This document shows positions 55,745 through 64,000 of a stretch of 64,000 nucleotides of DNA, piece after piece. The stretch comes from a virus. Every line of letters begins with the position of its first letter. Position 1 is the first letter of the stretch. The stretch spans positions 1-64,000 of the IMG/VR virus record IMGVR_UViG_3300044825_001015; one strand, 5' to 3'. The notes below the pieces were generated by a model, which made no database searches, was not told the DNA's origin, and was given only the letters and a program-made list of their open reading frames with translations. Position numbers and translations under genes: made by a program.

Positions 55745-56136
55745 GTGCAATCAATGAAGCATATGCAAGAATAGATTTTGCATATCTTAGATCATTGGAA
55801 GAAAAAATAGCAGCGCTAGATAGTAAAGTTGCTGATCTAGATAAGCAAGTTGATAATCTAGATGGAGAAGATAATAGTTTTTCAAATAAAAGATTTGTTA
55901 CTAAAAGAATATCTTTAAATGCAAAAACTAATTCTGGTAAAGTTACTTTTAGCCCAGCGTTTGCTTCCGTTCCAGTAGTTGTATTCTCTGCCCAAGATGA
56001 TTCTGGTGTTTCTAGATCAATAACTATTACTGAAATTACTAAGGATTATGTTAAGTTTTCTGTAAAAGTTGTATCTGGAACATCTAAGACTGGTAAATAT
56101 TCAATTCATATGATGGCGTTGGGTAGAAGTAAGTAG
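55741..56136 (+). CDS. Coiled coil plus H-type-lectin-like fibre tip domain
   Basis: SGKVTFSPAFASVPVVVFS...IHMMALG. Confidence 0.55.
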   Translation: MSAINEAYARIDFAYLRSLEEKIAALDSKVADLDKQVDNLDGEDNSFSNKRFVTKRISLNAKTNSGKVTFSPAFASVPVVVFSAQDDSGVSRSITITEITKDYVKFSVKVVSGTSKTGKYSIHMMALGRSK

Positions 56137-56396
56137 TGCCATACAAGCCAATAAATAATTGGTCTGGAAGAAAAACAAAAATACAAGATGGATATGTTTT
56201 AGTCTGGATTCCAGAGCATCCAAAATGTTTTGGTGGCGGGTGGTATTATGAACATCGACTAGTCATGGAAAAAAAGTATTCTAGAATACTAAAAGATTGG
56301 GAAACAGTACATCATATAAATGGTGACAAAGAATATAACGAGGAGTATAATCTTTTCGTATGTACTCGCGCCCAACATATGAAGGCGCATAAATAG
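56136..56396 (+). CDS. HNH endonuclease (HNH_3-like)
   Basis: YEHRLVME...VHHINGDKEYN..NL. Confidence 0.8.
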   Translation: MPYKPINNWSGRKTKIQDGYVLVWIPEHPKCFGGGWYYEHRLVMEKKYSRILKDWETVHHINGDKEYNEEYNLFVCTRAQHMKAHK

Positions 56397-56407
56397 ATAG
56401 GAATTTT

Positions 56408-57163
56408 ATGAATAACGATTTAAAGTGGATGATGGTTTCAGACGTTCACTTTCCTAGGCACGACCCGCGTAAGGTAGAACTATTTCTTAAAGTAATGAAA
56501 TGGTTTAAGCCAGATGCAGTAGACTTGCTTGGAGATATTGACGATGCAGATTCCACAAGTCGTTGGGCGGCTGATAAGCCGTTAGAAATGTCAATTTCAT
56601 TAGAAGATGGAGGGGTTCGTGAAACAAGACAGTTCCTCAAGGACATTAGAAAGATCGTACCCAATGCTGATTGTCATTTTCACGATGGGAATCATGGCTG
56701 GACTCGCCACGGCGAATACCTTGCTAAAAAAGCGCCACAATTCCTTGAATTAGTAACCGCAGATACATTATATGATTATTCAAATGCTGGGTTTGAGTGG
56801 CACAATTGGAATGAACCTCCAGTAAAAAGATTTGGAGACATGTATGGTCATCATGGAGAATCTATCTCTAAGCACGCTGGAGAATCAGTTCGTAATGACG
56901 TAAACAATTGGGGCGTTTCTCTAGTGCGAGGACATTCTCACAGAATGGGTGCATACTTCCAGACATATAATCTTTCTGGTCAAGAGTTGCGTGGCTATGA
57001 AATTGGGCATCTTTGTGATGAAGATCAGATGGACTACTCTATCCAAAAGAACTGGCAGGCAGGATTTGCTGTAGCCCATGTCGTAAATGATTATCCTCAC
57101 ATGCAACTAATTCAGATTCATGATTATACCTGTGTTGTAGATGGAAAGGTATTTACAGCATGA
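56408..57163 (+). CDS. Metallophosphoesterase
   Basis: SDVHFP, LGDIDD, GNHG, HHG, GHSH. Confidence 0.85.
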   Translation: MNNDLKWMMVSDVHFPRHDPRKVELFLKVMKWFKPDAVDLLGDIDDADSTSRWAADKPLEMSISLEDGGVRETRQFLKDIRKIVPNADCHFHDGNHGWTRHGEYLAKKAPQFLELVTADTLYDYSNAGFEWHNWNEPPVKRFGDMYGHHGESISKHAGESVRNDVNNWGVSLVRGHSHRMGAYFQTYNLSGQELRGYEIGHLCDEDQMDYSIQKNWQAGFAVAHVVNDYPHMQLIQIHDYTCVVDGKVFTA

Positions 57164-57330
57164 ATCACAAAAAATGTGGCGGAAGTGTATTTATTGATAG
57201 AGTTTTTAGTCATGAATTAAGACTAGATTTATTCTGCCTCAGATGTGGTAATAGATGGTTTATTAAACGAAACAAAGGTGCTTTTGGAAGATGGTTAAGC
57301 GAAATAGAATTAAAAAAGGCTCTTCCCTAA
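57160..57330 (+). CDS. 56-aa Zn-ribbon protein (MNHKKCGGSVFIDR...FCLRCGNRW)
   Basis: Manual translation; ATGA overlap; HxxC...CxxC. Confidence 0.7.
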   Translation: MNHKKCGGSVFIDRVFSHELRLDLFCLRCGNRWFIKRNKGAFGRWLSEIELKKALP

Positions 57331-57806
57331 GATACTTTTTTTTAAATGGTCAACATCATAAATGTTTAAGAATTAGTAGATCTGAAGATATCCTAGTTGC
57401 TTGGAATTACCCAGATGGTAAAAGAGTTACATATATTTGGTCTGTTGCTAAAAAAGATATAGGTCGTGCATTTACTGTTAAAATGGTATCAAATATATTC
57501 CAAAGAGACAGATTAATAATTCACGACTATATAAAAAATGGTAAGATAAAAAGACCAGCACAGACCTATTCTCTAGATGGAGAGAAAAGGCCAGGTAAGT
57601 TTTTATTTAGTGAAGATGATTTAAGAGATTTACATTCTTATTTATTGACTGTCCATAGGGGAAGGCCCAGAAAAGATGGACAAATAACTCAGTCTAAGGT
57701 AATGTCTAGGGCAGAACTAGAAGCACTAATGAGAGAAGATACTGTTTTATATACAAAAGACTCTGCTGGAGAATTTGTTCCAGTATGGAAGCAACCAGAT
57801 TGGTGA
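57291..57806 (+). CDS. Putative helix-turn-helix DNA-binding protein
   Basis: AFTVKMVSNIFQRDRLIIHDYIKNGKI (MerR-like) and an RGRPRK AT-hook-like motif. Confidence 0.6.
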   Translation: MVKRNRIKKGSSLRYFFLNGQHHKCLRISRSEDILVAWNYPDGKRVTYIWSVAKKDIGRAFTVKMVSNIFQRDRLIIHDYIKNGKIKRPAQTYSLDGEKRPGKFLFSEDDLRDLHSYLLTVHRGRPRKDGQITQSKVMSRAELEALMREDTVLYTKDSAGEFVPVWKQPDW

Positions 57807-57808
57807 TT

Positions 57809-58042
57809 ATGGGTAAAAAGAAAAAGCAAGAAGATAAAATATTAGATCAAGATGGAATCCTTAGTGAGTGTGCAACATCGTTAGATACAGCATTTACTTA
57901 TGCTGTTGAGCATAGGGATGTTGAGGCTATGCTGGCAGTATCAGATAGATGGCTAAGACTTTATGCTATGCTATCCCAATTAGAAGAAGATCAAAAAGAA
58001 CAATTAAAGTTAGGATTTATTGATGACAACTCACAATCATGA
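57809..58042 (+). CDS. Hypothetical protein
   Basis: ORF track; start MGKKK. Confidence 0.6.
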   Translation: MGKKKKQEDKILDQDGILSECATSLDTAFTYAVEHRDVEAMLAVSDRWLRLYAMLSQLEEDQKEQLKLGFIDDNSQS

Positions 58043-58241
58043 ATCGACTAATGTCAGAGTAGAGTTACAGTTTGTAAGAAATCTTGGTAACTATGAAAGT
58101 TTAAGAGTGTCTATTGGAGTAGAAGACTATGTTCGTCAAGGAGAAACTGTTGACGCAGCAACCGATAGGGTGTATGATTTCGTAGAAGGAAAAATTGTAG
58201 AAAAGGTTTCAGATATTGAGAAGGAGTTAAAGAATGGCTAA
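58023..58241 (+). CDS. Hypothetical protein (RNLGNYESLR motif)
   Basis: ORF track; operon overlap. Confidence 0.65.
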   Translation: MTTHNHESTNVRVELQFVRNLGNYESLRVSIGVEDYVRQGETVDAATDRVYDFVEGKIVEKVSDIEKELKNG

Positions 58242-58557
58242 GGCTGATACCAAACAGCCATACGCACTTCTAAGCCTTTATGAAAAATTGTATACTGAAA
58301 AGTACAACAAAAGTGCCCGACTTAATAAGTTCAAAGAAAAGTGGGCTATGCAAGACGTTATTGAATCAGTCGGCTATGACAGGGCGAGAGAACTGCTTGA
58401 GTATTATTTTCGCGTTACTAAGCAGGGGCATCCGATTCAATGGTTCTTCTATAATTTCGACAGACTAGACGAAATGCTTCTTCAATCAGAAGAAGATGCA
58501 ATAAGGCGCAGGAAAATGCGCGAGGCTACTAAGAAGATGGTGGAGGAAAGACTATGA
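58234..58557 (+). CDS. Hypothetical protein upstream of the helicase
   Basis: ORF track; SD AAGGAG. Confidence 0.7.
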   Translation: MAKADTKQPYALLSLYEKLYTEKYNKSARLNKFKEKWAMQDVIESVGYDRARELLEYYFRVTKQGHPIQWFFYNFDRLDEMLLQSEEDAIRRRKMREATKKMVEERL

Positions 58558-59780
58558 ACACAGAAGCAGCAGTTATTACTTCAGTATGCAAGAATAAAGA
58601 TATCTCCACCATTCTTGCTGATAATGTAGATGAGATCTTCCAATCACATAGAGATGTGTGGGAAGGTCTAAAGTCGTATTACTATAAGTTCAAGTCTGTT
58701 CCAGAAGTTAATGTACTTCAAGAAAAGTTTAGGGATTTTGAGCCAGTAAACGTTACTGCTGAAACTGGATACTATGTTGATCAGTTAAAGAATGAATATC
58801 TTTCTTCTAGAATGAGAAATCTTCTCATGAAGAGTGGTGCATCTCTTAAGGATAATGCAGCATCAAGAGTTCTTTCAGATATGCAATCAGAAATTGCATC
58901 ACTATCTAGGCTTACAAATAATGTTCGTGACGTAGACCTTACGGATTATGAACTTGCAGAAAAGCATCTTATTGCTGTTAAAGAGCGCTCAGATGTTATG
59001 GGTGGAAGCCCAGGAATTAAAAGCGGATTTACCGCACTAGACTTAGCCTATCCTACAGGTATGGCACCAGGACACCTAATCGTCGCTATTGGCTGGCCTG
59101 GAAGGGGAAAGACATGGATGACCTCCTACCTTGCTTGCAAGGCTTGGGAGCAGGGCTTCAAGCCAATGATTGTATCTCTAGAGATGAGTCCTGAGAACAT
59201 GCGTGACCGTATTTACACAATGCTTGGTAGCGGTATGTTTAGGGCTTCTGATTTTTCACGCGGCAATATTAATATTGATGACTTCCATCATTGGGCTAAG
59301 AAGCGCTTTGATGATAAAAATGGATTTATTCTAGTATCAAACGAGGGAACAAATGAAGTTACTCCACAGACAGTACAAGGTAAGATCGATCAGCATCGCC
59401 CCGACCTTGTTATCCTTGATTATCACCAGTTGTTTAATGACACTAAGCGATCTAATTCTGAAGTTGAGCGGAACCGAAACATATCGCGGGAATTCAAACT
59501 ACTAGCAGTTCGTAATAACATTCCAGTAATTGATATTACTGCAGCCACAATGGATGACGTATCAGATCAAGATGCTCCACCATTACTATCACAGGTAGCA
59601 TGGTCAAAGGCTATTGAATATGATGCTGATATGGCTATGGCTGTACATCGTCATCCAGATACCAATATTATTGAGGTTGTCTCACGAAAGAATAGGCATG
59701 GTACAGATTTTGCCTTCTACCTTGATTGGGACATTGACCGAGGTATTGTTAAAGAGATTTACGATGATATACCAGTCTGA
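58554..59780 (+). CDS. dnaB: DnaB-like replicative helicase
   Basis: GWPGRGKT Walker A, SLEMS, LVILDY, IEYDAD, KNRHG. Confidence 0.93.
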   Translation: MNTEAAVITSVCKNKDISTILADNVDEIFQSHRDVWEGLKSYYYKFKSVPEVNVLQEKFRDFEPVNVTAETGYYVDQLKNEYLSSRMRNLLMKSGASLKDNAASRVLSDMQSEIASLSRLTNNVRDVDLTDYELAEKHLIAVKERSDVMGGSPGIKSGFTALDLAYPTGMAPGHLIVAIGWPGRGKTWMTSYLACKAWEQGFKPMIVSLEMSPENMRDRIYTMLGSGMFRASDFSRGNINIDDFHHWAKKRFDDKNGFILVSNEGTNEVTPQTVQGKIDQHRPDLVILDYHQLFNDTKRSNSEVERNRNISREFKLLAVRNNIPVIDITAATMDDVSDQDAPPLLSQVAWSKAIEYDADMAMAVHRHPDTNIIEVVSRKNRHGTDFAFYLDWDIDRGIVKEIYDDIPV

Positions 59781-59797
59781 TGTATAATTGACTTATA

Positions 59798-60076
59798 ATG
59801 AATAAAAAACTGAAGAGTTTCGGAATGCAGGGACAGATTAATGATGATGCTGCTATTCCAAGGTTAAGATCTCAATATGAAGCATTAATAGAATCAGACA
59901 TGAGAGAGCAAGGATACGTCCCGATACTTGACCTAGAAACTCAGTTTTCTTTATCATATGTTGAAGAAAAAGACTTGTATGAATTTGATCTAATAGTGTA
60001 TGGTATATATGTGGGAAAGAAAAAGTCTCACATGTATGAAGGTTTCTCAGGACAAACATTAGTCCCTAAAAAATAA
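59798..60076 (+). CDS. Hypothetical protein
   Basis: ORF track; lies between helicase and primase. Confidence 0.65.
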   Translation: MNKKLKSFGMQGQINDDAAIPRLRSQYEALIESDMREQGYVPILDLETQFSLSYVEEKDLYEFDLIVYGIYVGKKKSHMYEGFSGQTLVPKK

Positions 60077-60084
60077 GGAAATAA

Positions 60085-61044
60085 ATGCTATTGGAAACTT
60101 ACAGTCCCTCGCATATGCGAGCCATAGTAAGGCAACTTGGCCTACATGTTGTAAGTGAAACCTCTAATGACTTTTTATGTCTATGCCCATTTCATGGAAA
60201 TAGGCATACACCATCATTCTCAGTAAGTCATCAAAAGGGTTTATACCTCTGCTTTAATCCATCATGCGGTGCTAGTGGAACTATTGTAGAGTTGGTAAAG
60301 AATATGACTAAGAGAAATGAATATGAGGCTCTTAGATTTATTCTTTCTGCCCAAGTAGAAGCCGCAGCGCACTTTGAGGATGAGTTAGCAGAGATACTTG
60401 ATGATAAGCCTGAATACACCGACTTTGACCAGAATGTCTTAGATCGCCTATATTCTCAAATGAATGATAGGGCAAGAGAATACCTTAATGGACGAGGTAT
60501 TGATGATGAGTCCATTGATCATTTTAAACTAGGATACTCTGCTAGCCAGGACATGGTTATTGTTCCAGTACATTCACCAGATGGAATTCCTGTGGGTCTT
60601 GTAGGAAGATCAATAGAAGGCAAATCCTTTAAGAACAGTACTGGATTGCCAAGAAATAAAACTATGTTTAATATCCATCGTGCTAAGAGAATGGGTGGAT
60701 CAGTAATAATTGTGGAGTCTTCTTTCGATGCAATTAGAGTTCATCAGTCTGGGTATCCAAATGTTGTGGCTACACTAGGAGGATTCATGTCAAAAATCAA
60801 TATGCAGAATCTGAATAGGAACTTTACTAAAATAATAATTATGACTGACGCTGATCAGGCTGGAAGAGAACTTGGTAAAAATATAGCAGAGACTTTAAAG
60901 AATAAAGAAATCTTGTGGGCACACTATTCAAATGATATTCTATATCCACATGACGCAAAAGATGTAGGGGACATGACAGAAGAAGAGATTAGAATTTGCA
61001 TAGAAAATTCCCTTGCCGATTACGAATACAGAATGGTACAATAG
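60085..61044 (+). CDS. dnaG: DNA primase (CHC2 zinc finger plus TOPRIM)
   Basis: CPFH...PSF...CFNPSC; IVESSFDA; MTDADQAG; KDVGD. Confidence 0.9.
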   Translation: MLLETYSPSHMRAIVRQLGLHVVSETSNDFLCLCPFHGNRHTPSFSVSHQKGLYLCFNPSCGASGTIVELVKNMTKRNEYEALRFILSAQVEAAAHFEDELAEILDDKPEYTDFDQNVLDRLYSQMNDRAREYLNGRGIDDESIDHFKLGYSASQDMVIVPVHSPDGIPVGLVGRSIEGKSFKNSTGLPRNKTMFNIHRAKRMGGSVIIVESSFDAIRVHQSGYPNVVATLGGFMSKINMQNLNRNFTKIIIMTDADQAGRELGKNIAETLKNKEILWAHYSNDILYPHDAKDVGDMTEEEIRICIENSLADYEYRMVQ

Positions 61045-61088
61045 ATATACAGGGCATCCTATAGCCCAATACACTTAGGAGATATATT

Positions 61089-61754
61089 ATGGGATTAGTA
61101 AAAGGTCTTAAGGCCATGAACCAAACAATTGATCGCCCCGCTGCTTCTTCAGACGGCCCTCGCGGTCGCTGGCTAAAGTTGAACGATGGTCAGAGTGTTA
61201 AGATTAAATTTCTTCAGGAACTAGATCCTGATTCACCAAATTACAATGATAAGGCTGGACTAGCATTTATTGCTGTTGAGCATACCAACCCATCCGATTA
61301 CCGTCGCAAGGCTCTTTGTAGCATTGAAGATCAGGGTCGTTGCTTTGGATGCGAAATGCATCGTCGTGACCCCAAGGCTGGATGGAAGGGCCGTAGCCGA
61401 CTCTACTGCAACATTCTTGTAAATGATGGTAATGAAGATCCATACGTTGCAATTTTCTCTCAGGGTACTGGACCAAAGTCAGCAACGCCTGAGATTATTC
61501 AATATGCTGGAGAGACTGGAAGCATTACTTCCAACACCTGGCGATTGAAGCGCACAGGTGAGCGCACAGATACAAACTACAGCATTATTCCTCTACCTAC
61601 TGATTCAGATCCAGTAGATATTGATGAACTAGAACTGTTCGATCTTGAGAAGTTGGCAGTTCGTGATGTTCCTTACGATGAGCAAGAATCCTTCTACACA
61701 GGTGTTTCTGGTGGAGAAGAGAGCGGTTCATCATCATCAAATGTTGAATGGTAA
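61089..61754 (+). CDS. Single-stranded DNA-binding protein (gp32-like)
   Basis: WLKLNDGQSVKIKF, H..C..C..C Zn ligands, acidic Ser-rich tail; between primase and polymerase. Confidence 0.7.
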   Translation: MGLVKGLKAMNQTIDRPAASSDGPRGRWLKLNDGQSVKIKFLQELDPDSPNYNDKAGLAFIAVEHTNPSDYRRKALCSIEDQGRCFGCEMHRRDPKAGWKGRSRLYCNILVNDGNEDPYVAIFSQGTGPKSATPEIIQYAGETGSITSNTWRLKRTGERTDTNYSIIPLPTDSDPVDIDELELFDLEKLAVRDVPYDEQESFYTGVSGGEESGSSSSNVEW

Positions 61755-61770
61755 ATAGAAGATATGCTAC

Positions 61771-61798
61771 GCTAGGGCGGTAGAAATACCGCCCTAGC
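61771..61798 (+). promoter_or_regulatory. 12-bp hairpin with GAAA tetraloop upstream of the dnaE RBS
   Basis: GCTAGGGCGGTA-GAAA-TACCGCCCTAGC; no U-tract. Confidence 0.65.
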
Positions 61799-61815
61799 AG
61801 CATTATAGGAGACAA

Positions 61816-64000
61816 GTGACTGATTTAGTACATCTACATGTTCATAGCCATTACAGTCTAATGGATGGCCTTTCCTCACCAGCAGAATTACTCGCTGCAG
61901 CAAAGGATCTTGGACAGACGGCTCTCGCTGTGACAGATCATGGCACACTATCTTCCCACCGCGATATGCAGAAATCAGCACGCGAGGCGGGACTAAAGCC
62001 AATCCTAGGTGTAGAGGCTTATATCTCAGAGACAGACAGATTCGACAAGCGAGATATTAAGAGTCGTGACGATAATACTCAGGTATTCAATCATATTATC
62101 CTTCTGGCTAAGGACCAGGCTGGTCTTCAGAATCTTCAGAAGTTATCTGAGTTAGCGTGGAATGAAGGATTCTACCGCAAGCCGCGCATCGACTTTGAAG
62201 TCTTGAGTGATTATGGTGATGGCCTTATTGTCCTGTCGGGATGCCTTAATGGGCTTATTTCTAAGGCTATCCAGCGAGGCGATGAGGCCAAGGCCCGTGA
62301 TATGCTTAGATTCTTTAAGAATCGATTCAATGATGACTTCTACATGGAAGTTCAGCCACATAATCCTCCAGAGATTAATCATGCTCTTCTTAATCTGGCT
62401 GACGAGTTTAAGATCAAACCAGTAACTACTTCAGACTGCCATTTTGCGCGGGAAGATCAAAGAGCCGTAGAAGAAGCCCTACTTATCCTTTCTACTAAGC
62501 CTAATATGAATAAGGATGCATCTTACGCATCTGGCAAGCAGATCAAGGATGTATTCGAACGTCTTAACCACCTGTATCCAGAGCGCCCGATTTCCTTTGA
62601 GGGGTGGGACTTGTTCATCCAGAGTCGCCTAGATATCGACACATGGTATAAGAAGTCTGGGATTGATCGTACCGATATCTACGAAAGCACGCTGGAGATT
62701 GCAGATAAGATCGGGGAATACGAATATTACGAAAACCTATCCCTGCTCCCACAGCCTAAGAAAGATCCTAATGTTCAGTTAGCAGAGATGTGTGGGTATG
62801 AACTTAGAGCAAAGGGGCTGGAGGCTGAAGAATACATTAATAGACTTAATGAAGAATTAGAGGTAATTAAGGACAAGGACTTTGCCTCCTACTTCTTAGT
62901 TGTTGCAGATATGATTCAGTATGCTAAGAAGAACAATATTTTAGTGGGTCCAGGACGAGGATCAGCAGCAGGATCACTAGTATGCTACTTGCTTGGAATC
63001 ACAGAAGTAGATCCTATTGAGTATGATTTACTGTTCTTCCGATTTATTAACCCAGAACGAAACGATTTCCCAGATATTGATACAGACTTTATGGATCGCC
63101 GTCGTAACGAGGTTAAGGAATACCTACGCAAAAAATTTAAAAACGTTGCTAGTATTTCTACCTTCCAATATTTTAAGGACAAGGGTGTCGTTCGTGATGC
63201 TTCTCGCGTATTTGCAGTACCACTAGGAGATGTAAACAAGGCTCTAAAGGGTATTGAGACTTGGGAAGATTTTGAATCAAATCCAAATACTAGATGGTTC
63301 CGCGATAAGTATCCAGAAGTTACAGATTTGGCTAGCAAACTTCGTGGAAGAATTCGCGCAGTTGGAGTTCATGCTGCAGGAGTGGTTGTTGCAAAGGAGC
63401 CTATTTCTAAGTACGCTCCTATGGAAACTAGAAGTGACACTAACGACAAGGTAAGTGGTCGCGTTCCAGTAGTTGCATATGACATGGAGCAAGCAGCGGA
63501 TATTGGATTGATTAAACTAGACGCCCTTGGCCTTAAAACTCTTTCAGTAGTTAAAGACACTCTAGACATTATCAAGGATAGGACTGGTAAAGATATTGAC
63601 TTGCATTCAATATCTTTAGATGATGAATTAGTTTATCAAGACCTATCTAATGGTTTTACCAAGGGTGTGTTCCAGGCAGAGGCAACTCCGTATACTAATT
63701 TGCTAATTAAGATGGGTGTAGAAAGATTTGAGGATTTAGTAGCCTCTAATGCACTTGTTCGCCCTGGCGCTATGAATACTGTAGGCGCTGCATATATCGC
63801 TCGTAAGCAGGGTAGAGAGCAAATTAAATATGTTCATGAGATAATGCGTCCTTTCACAGAACGAACATATGGTGTTATCATATATCAGGAGCAAGTTATG
63901 CAGGCTTGTGTTTACCTAGGTGGTATGACATGGGCAGAAGCAGATAAGGTCCGAAAAATTATTGGTAAGAAAAAGGATGCAAAAGAGTTTGAACAGTTCA
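61816..64000 (+). CDS. dnaE: DNA polymerase III alpha subunit, truncated by the window end (absent from the ORF track)
   Basis: GTG start after AGGAGA; HLHVHSHYSLMDG (PHP), TDHG, GPGRGSAAGSL, FPDIDTD, HAAGVV, KLDALGLKTL, IYQEQVM all in one frame. Confidence 0.95.
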   Translation, partial: MTDLVHLHVHSHYSLMDGLSSPAELLAAAKDLGQTALAVTDHGTLSSHRDMQKSAREAGLKPILGVEAYISETDRFDKRDIKSRDDNTQVFNHIILLAKDQAGLQNLQKLSELAWNEGFYRKPRIDFEVLSDYGDGLIVLSGCLNGLISKAIQRGDEAKARDMLRFFKNRFNDDFYMEVQPHNPPEINHALLNLADEFKIKPVTTSDCHFAREDQRAVEEALLILSTKPNMNKDASYASGKQIKDVFERLNHLYPERPISFEGWDLFIQSRLDIDTWYKKSGIDRTDIYESTLEIADKIGEYEYYENLSLLPQPKKDPNVQLAEMCGYELRAKGLEAEEYINRLNEELEVIKDKDFASYFLVVADMIQYAKKNNILVGPGRGSAAGSLVCYLLGITEVDPIEYDLLFFRFINPERNDFPDIDTDFMDRRRNEVKEYLRKKFKNVASISTFQYFKDKGVVRDASRVFAVPLGDVNKALKGIETWEDFESNPNTRWFRDKYPEVTDLASKLRGRIRAVGVHAAGVVVAKEPISKYAPMETRSDTNDKVSGRVPVVAYDMEQAADIGLIKLDALGLKTLSVVKDTLDIIKDRTGKDIDLHSISLDDELVYQDLSNGFTKGVFQAEATPYTNLLIKMGVERFEDLVASNALVRPGAMNTVGAAYIARKQGREQIKYVHEIMRPFTERTYGVIIYQEQVMQACVYLGGMTWAEADKVRKIIGKKKDAKEFEQF

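Larger units (their letters stand above)
1..64000. mobile_element. Segment of a large tailed dsDNA phage (siphovirus, actinophage-like)
   Basis: Portal, HK97-type protease, capsid, tail tube, tail chaperones, 2102-aa tape measure, lysis and replication genes; no host housekeeping genes or integrase seen. Confidence 0.97.

Noticed and set aside
1-64000. tRNAs, CRISPR arrays, integrase, terminase, active inteins/introns, stop-codon recoding
   Set aside because: None recognised by eye; core genes are uninterrupted in the standard code, and the terminase presumably lies outside the window. A tRNAscan/Infernal run would be needed to exclude small RNAs

Overview
This 64 kb window is part of a large, AT-rich (mid-30s % GC by eye), long-tailed dsDNA phage (siphovirus). 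Its gene order resembles large actinobacteriophages (Streptomyces cluster BE/BK-like and freshwater actinophages); an actinobacterial host is inferred from SD sequences and apparent leaderless genes. Left to right: small leftward genes with a repeated TGTCAGACCCC promoter-like motif, an HNH protein and thyX; a glycosyltransferase, class II RNR, holin and amidase endolysin; a ~19 kb accessory virion-fibre region; portal, protease/scaffold, capsid, neck, tail tube, frameshifted tail chaperones, tape measure and tail-tip genes; then replication genes (DnaB, DnaG, SSB, DnaE, the last truncated by the window edge). The most notable feature is two parallel cassettes in the fibre region. Each has a paralogous adaptor gene coupled through an identical TTTGCGTAATGCC junction to a protein with an unusual low-complexity insert (a 24-Cys, Pro/Asn-rich ladder, or 14 Pro-x-Phe triplets plus a degenerate Hint-like domain). 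Each is followed by prolyl-4-hydroxylase-type 2OG-Fe(II) oxygenase(s) and dUTPase-fold/DUF6065-like proteins. I interpret these as a candidate phage-encoded system for post-translational tailoring of virion appendages. All calls come from reading motifs by eye; no database searches were run.
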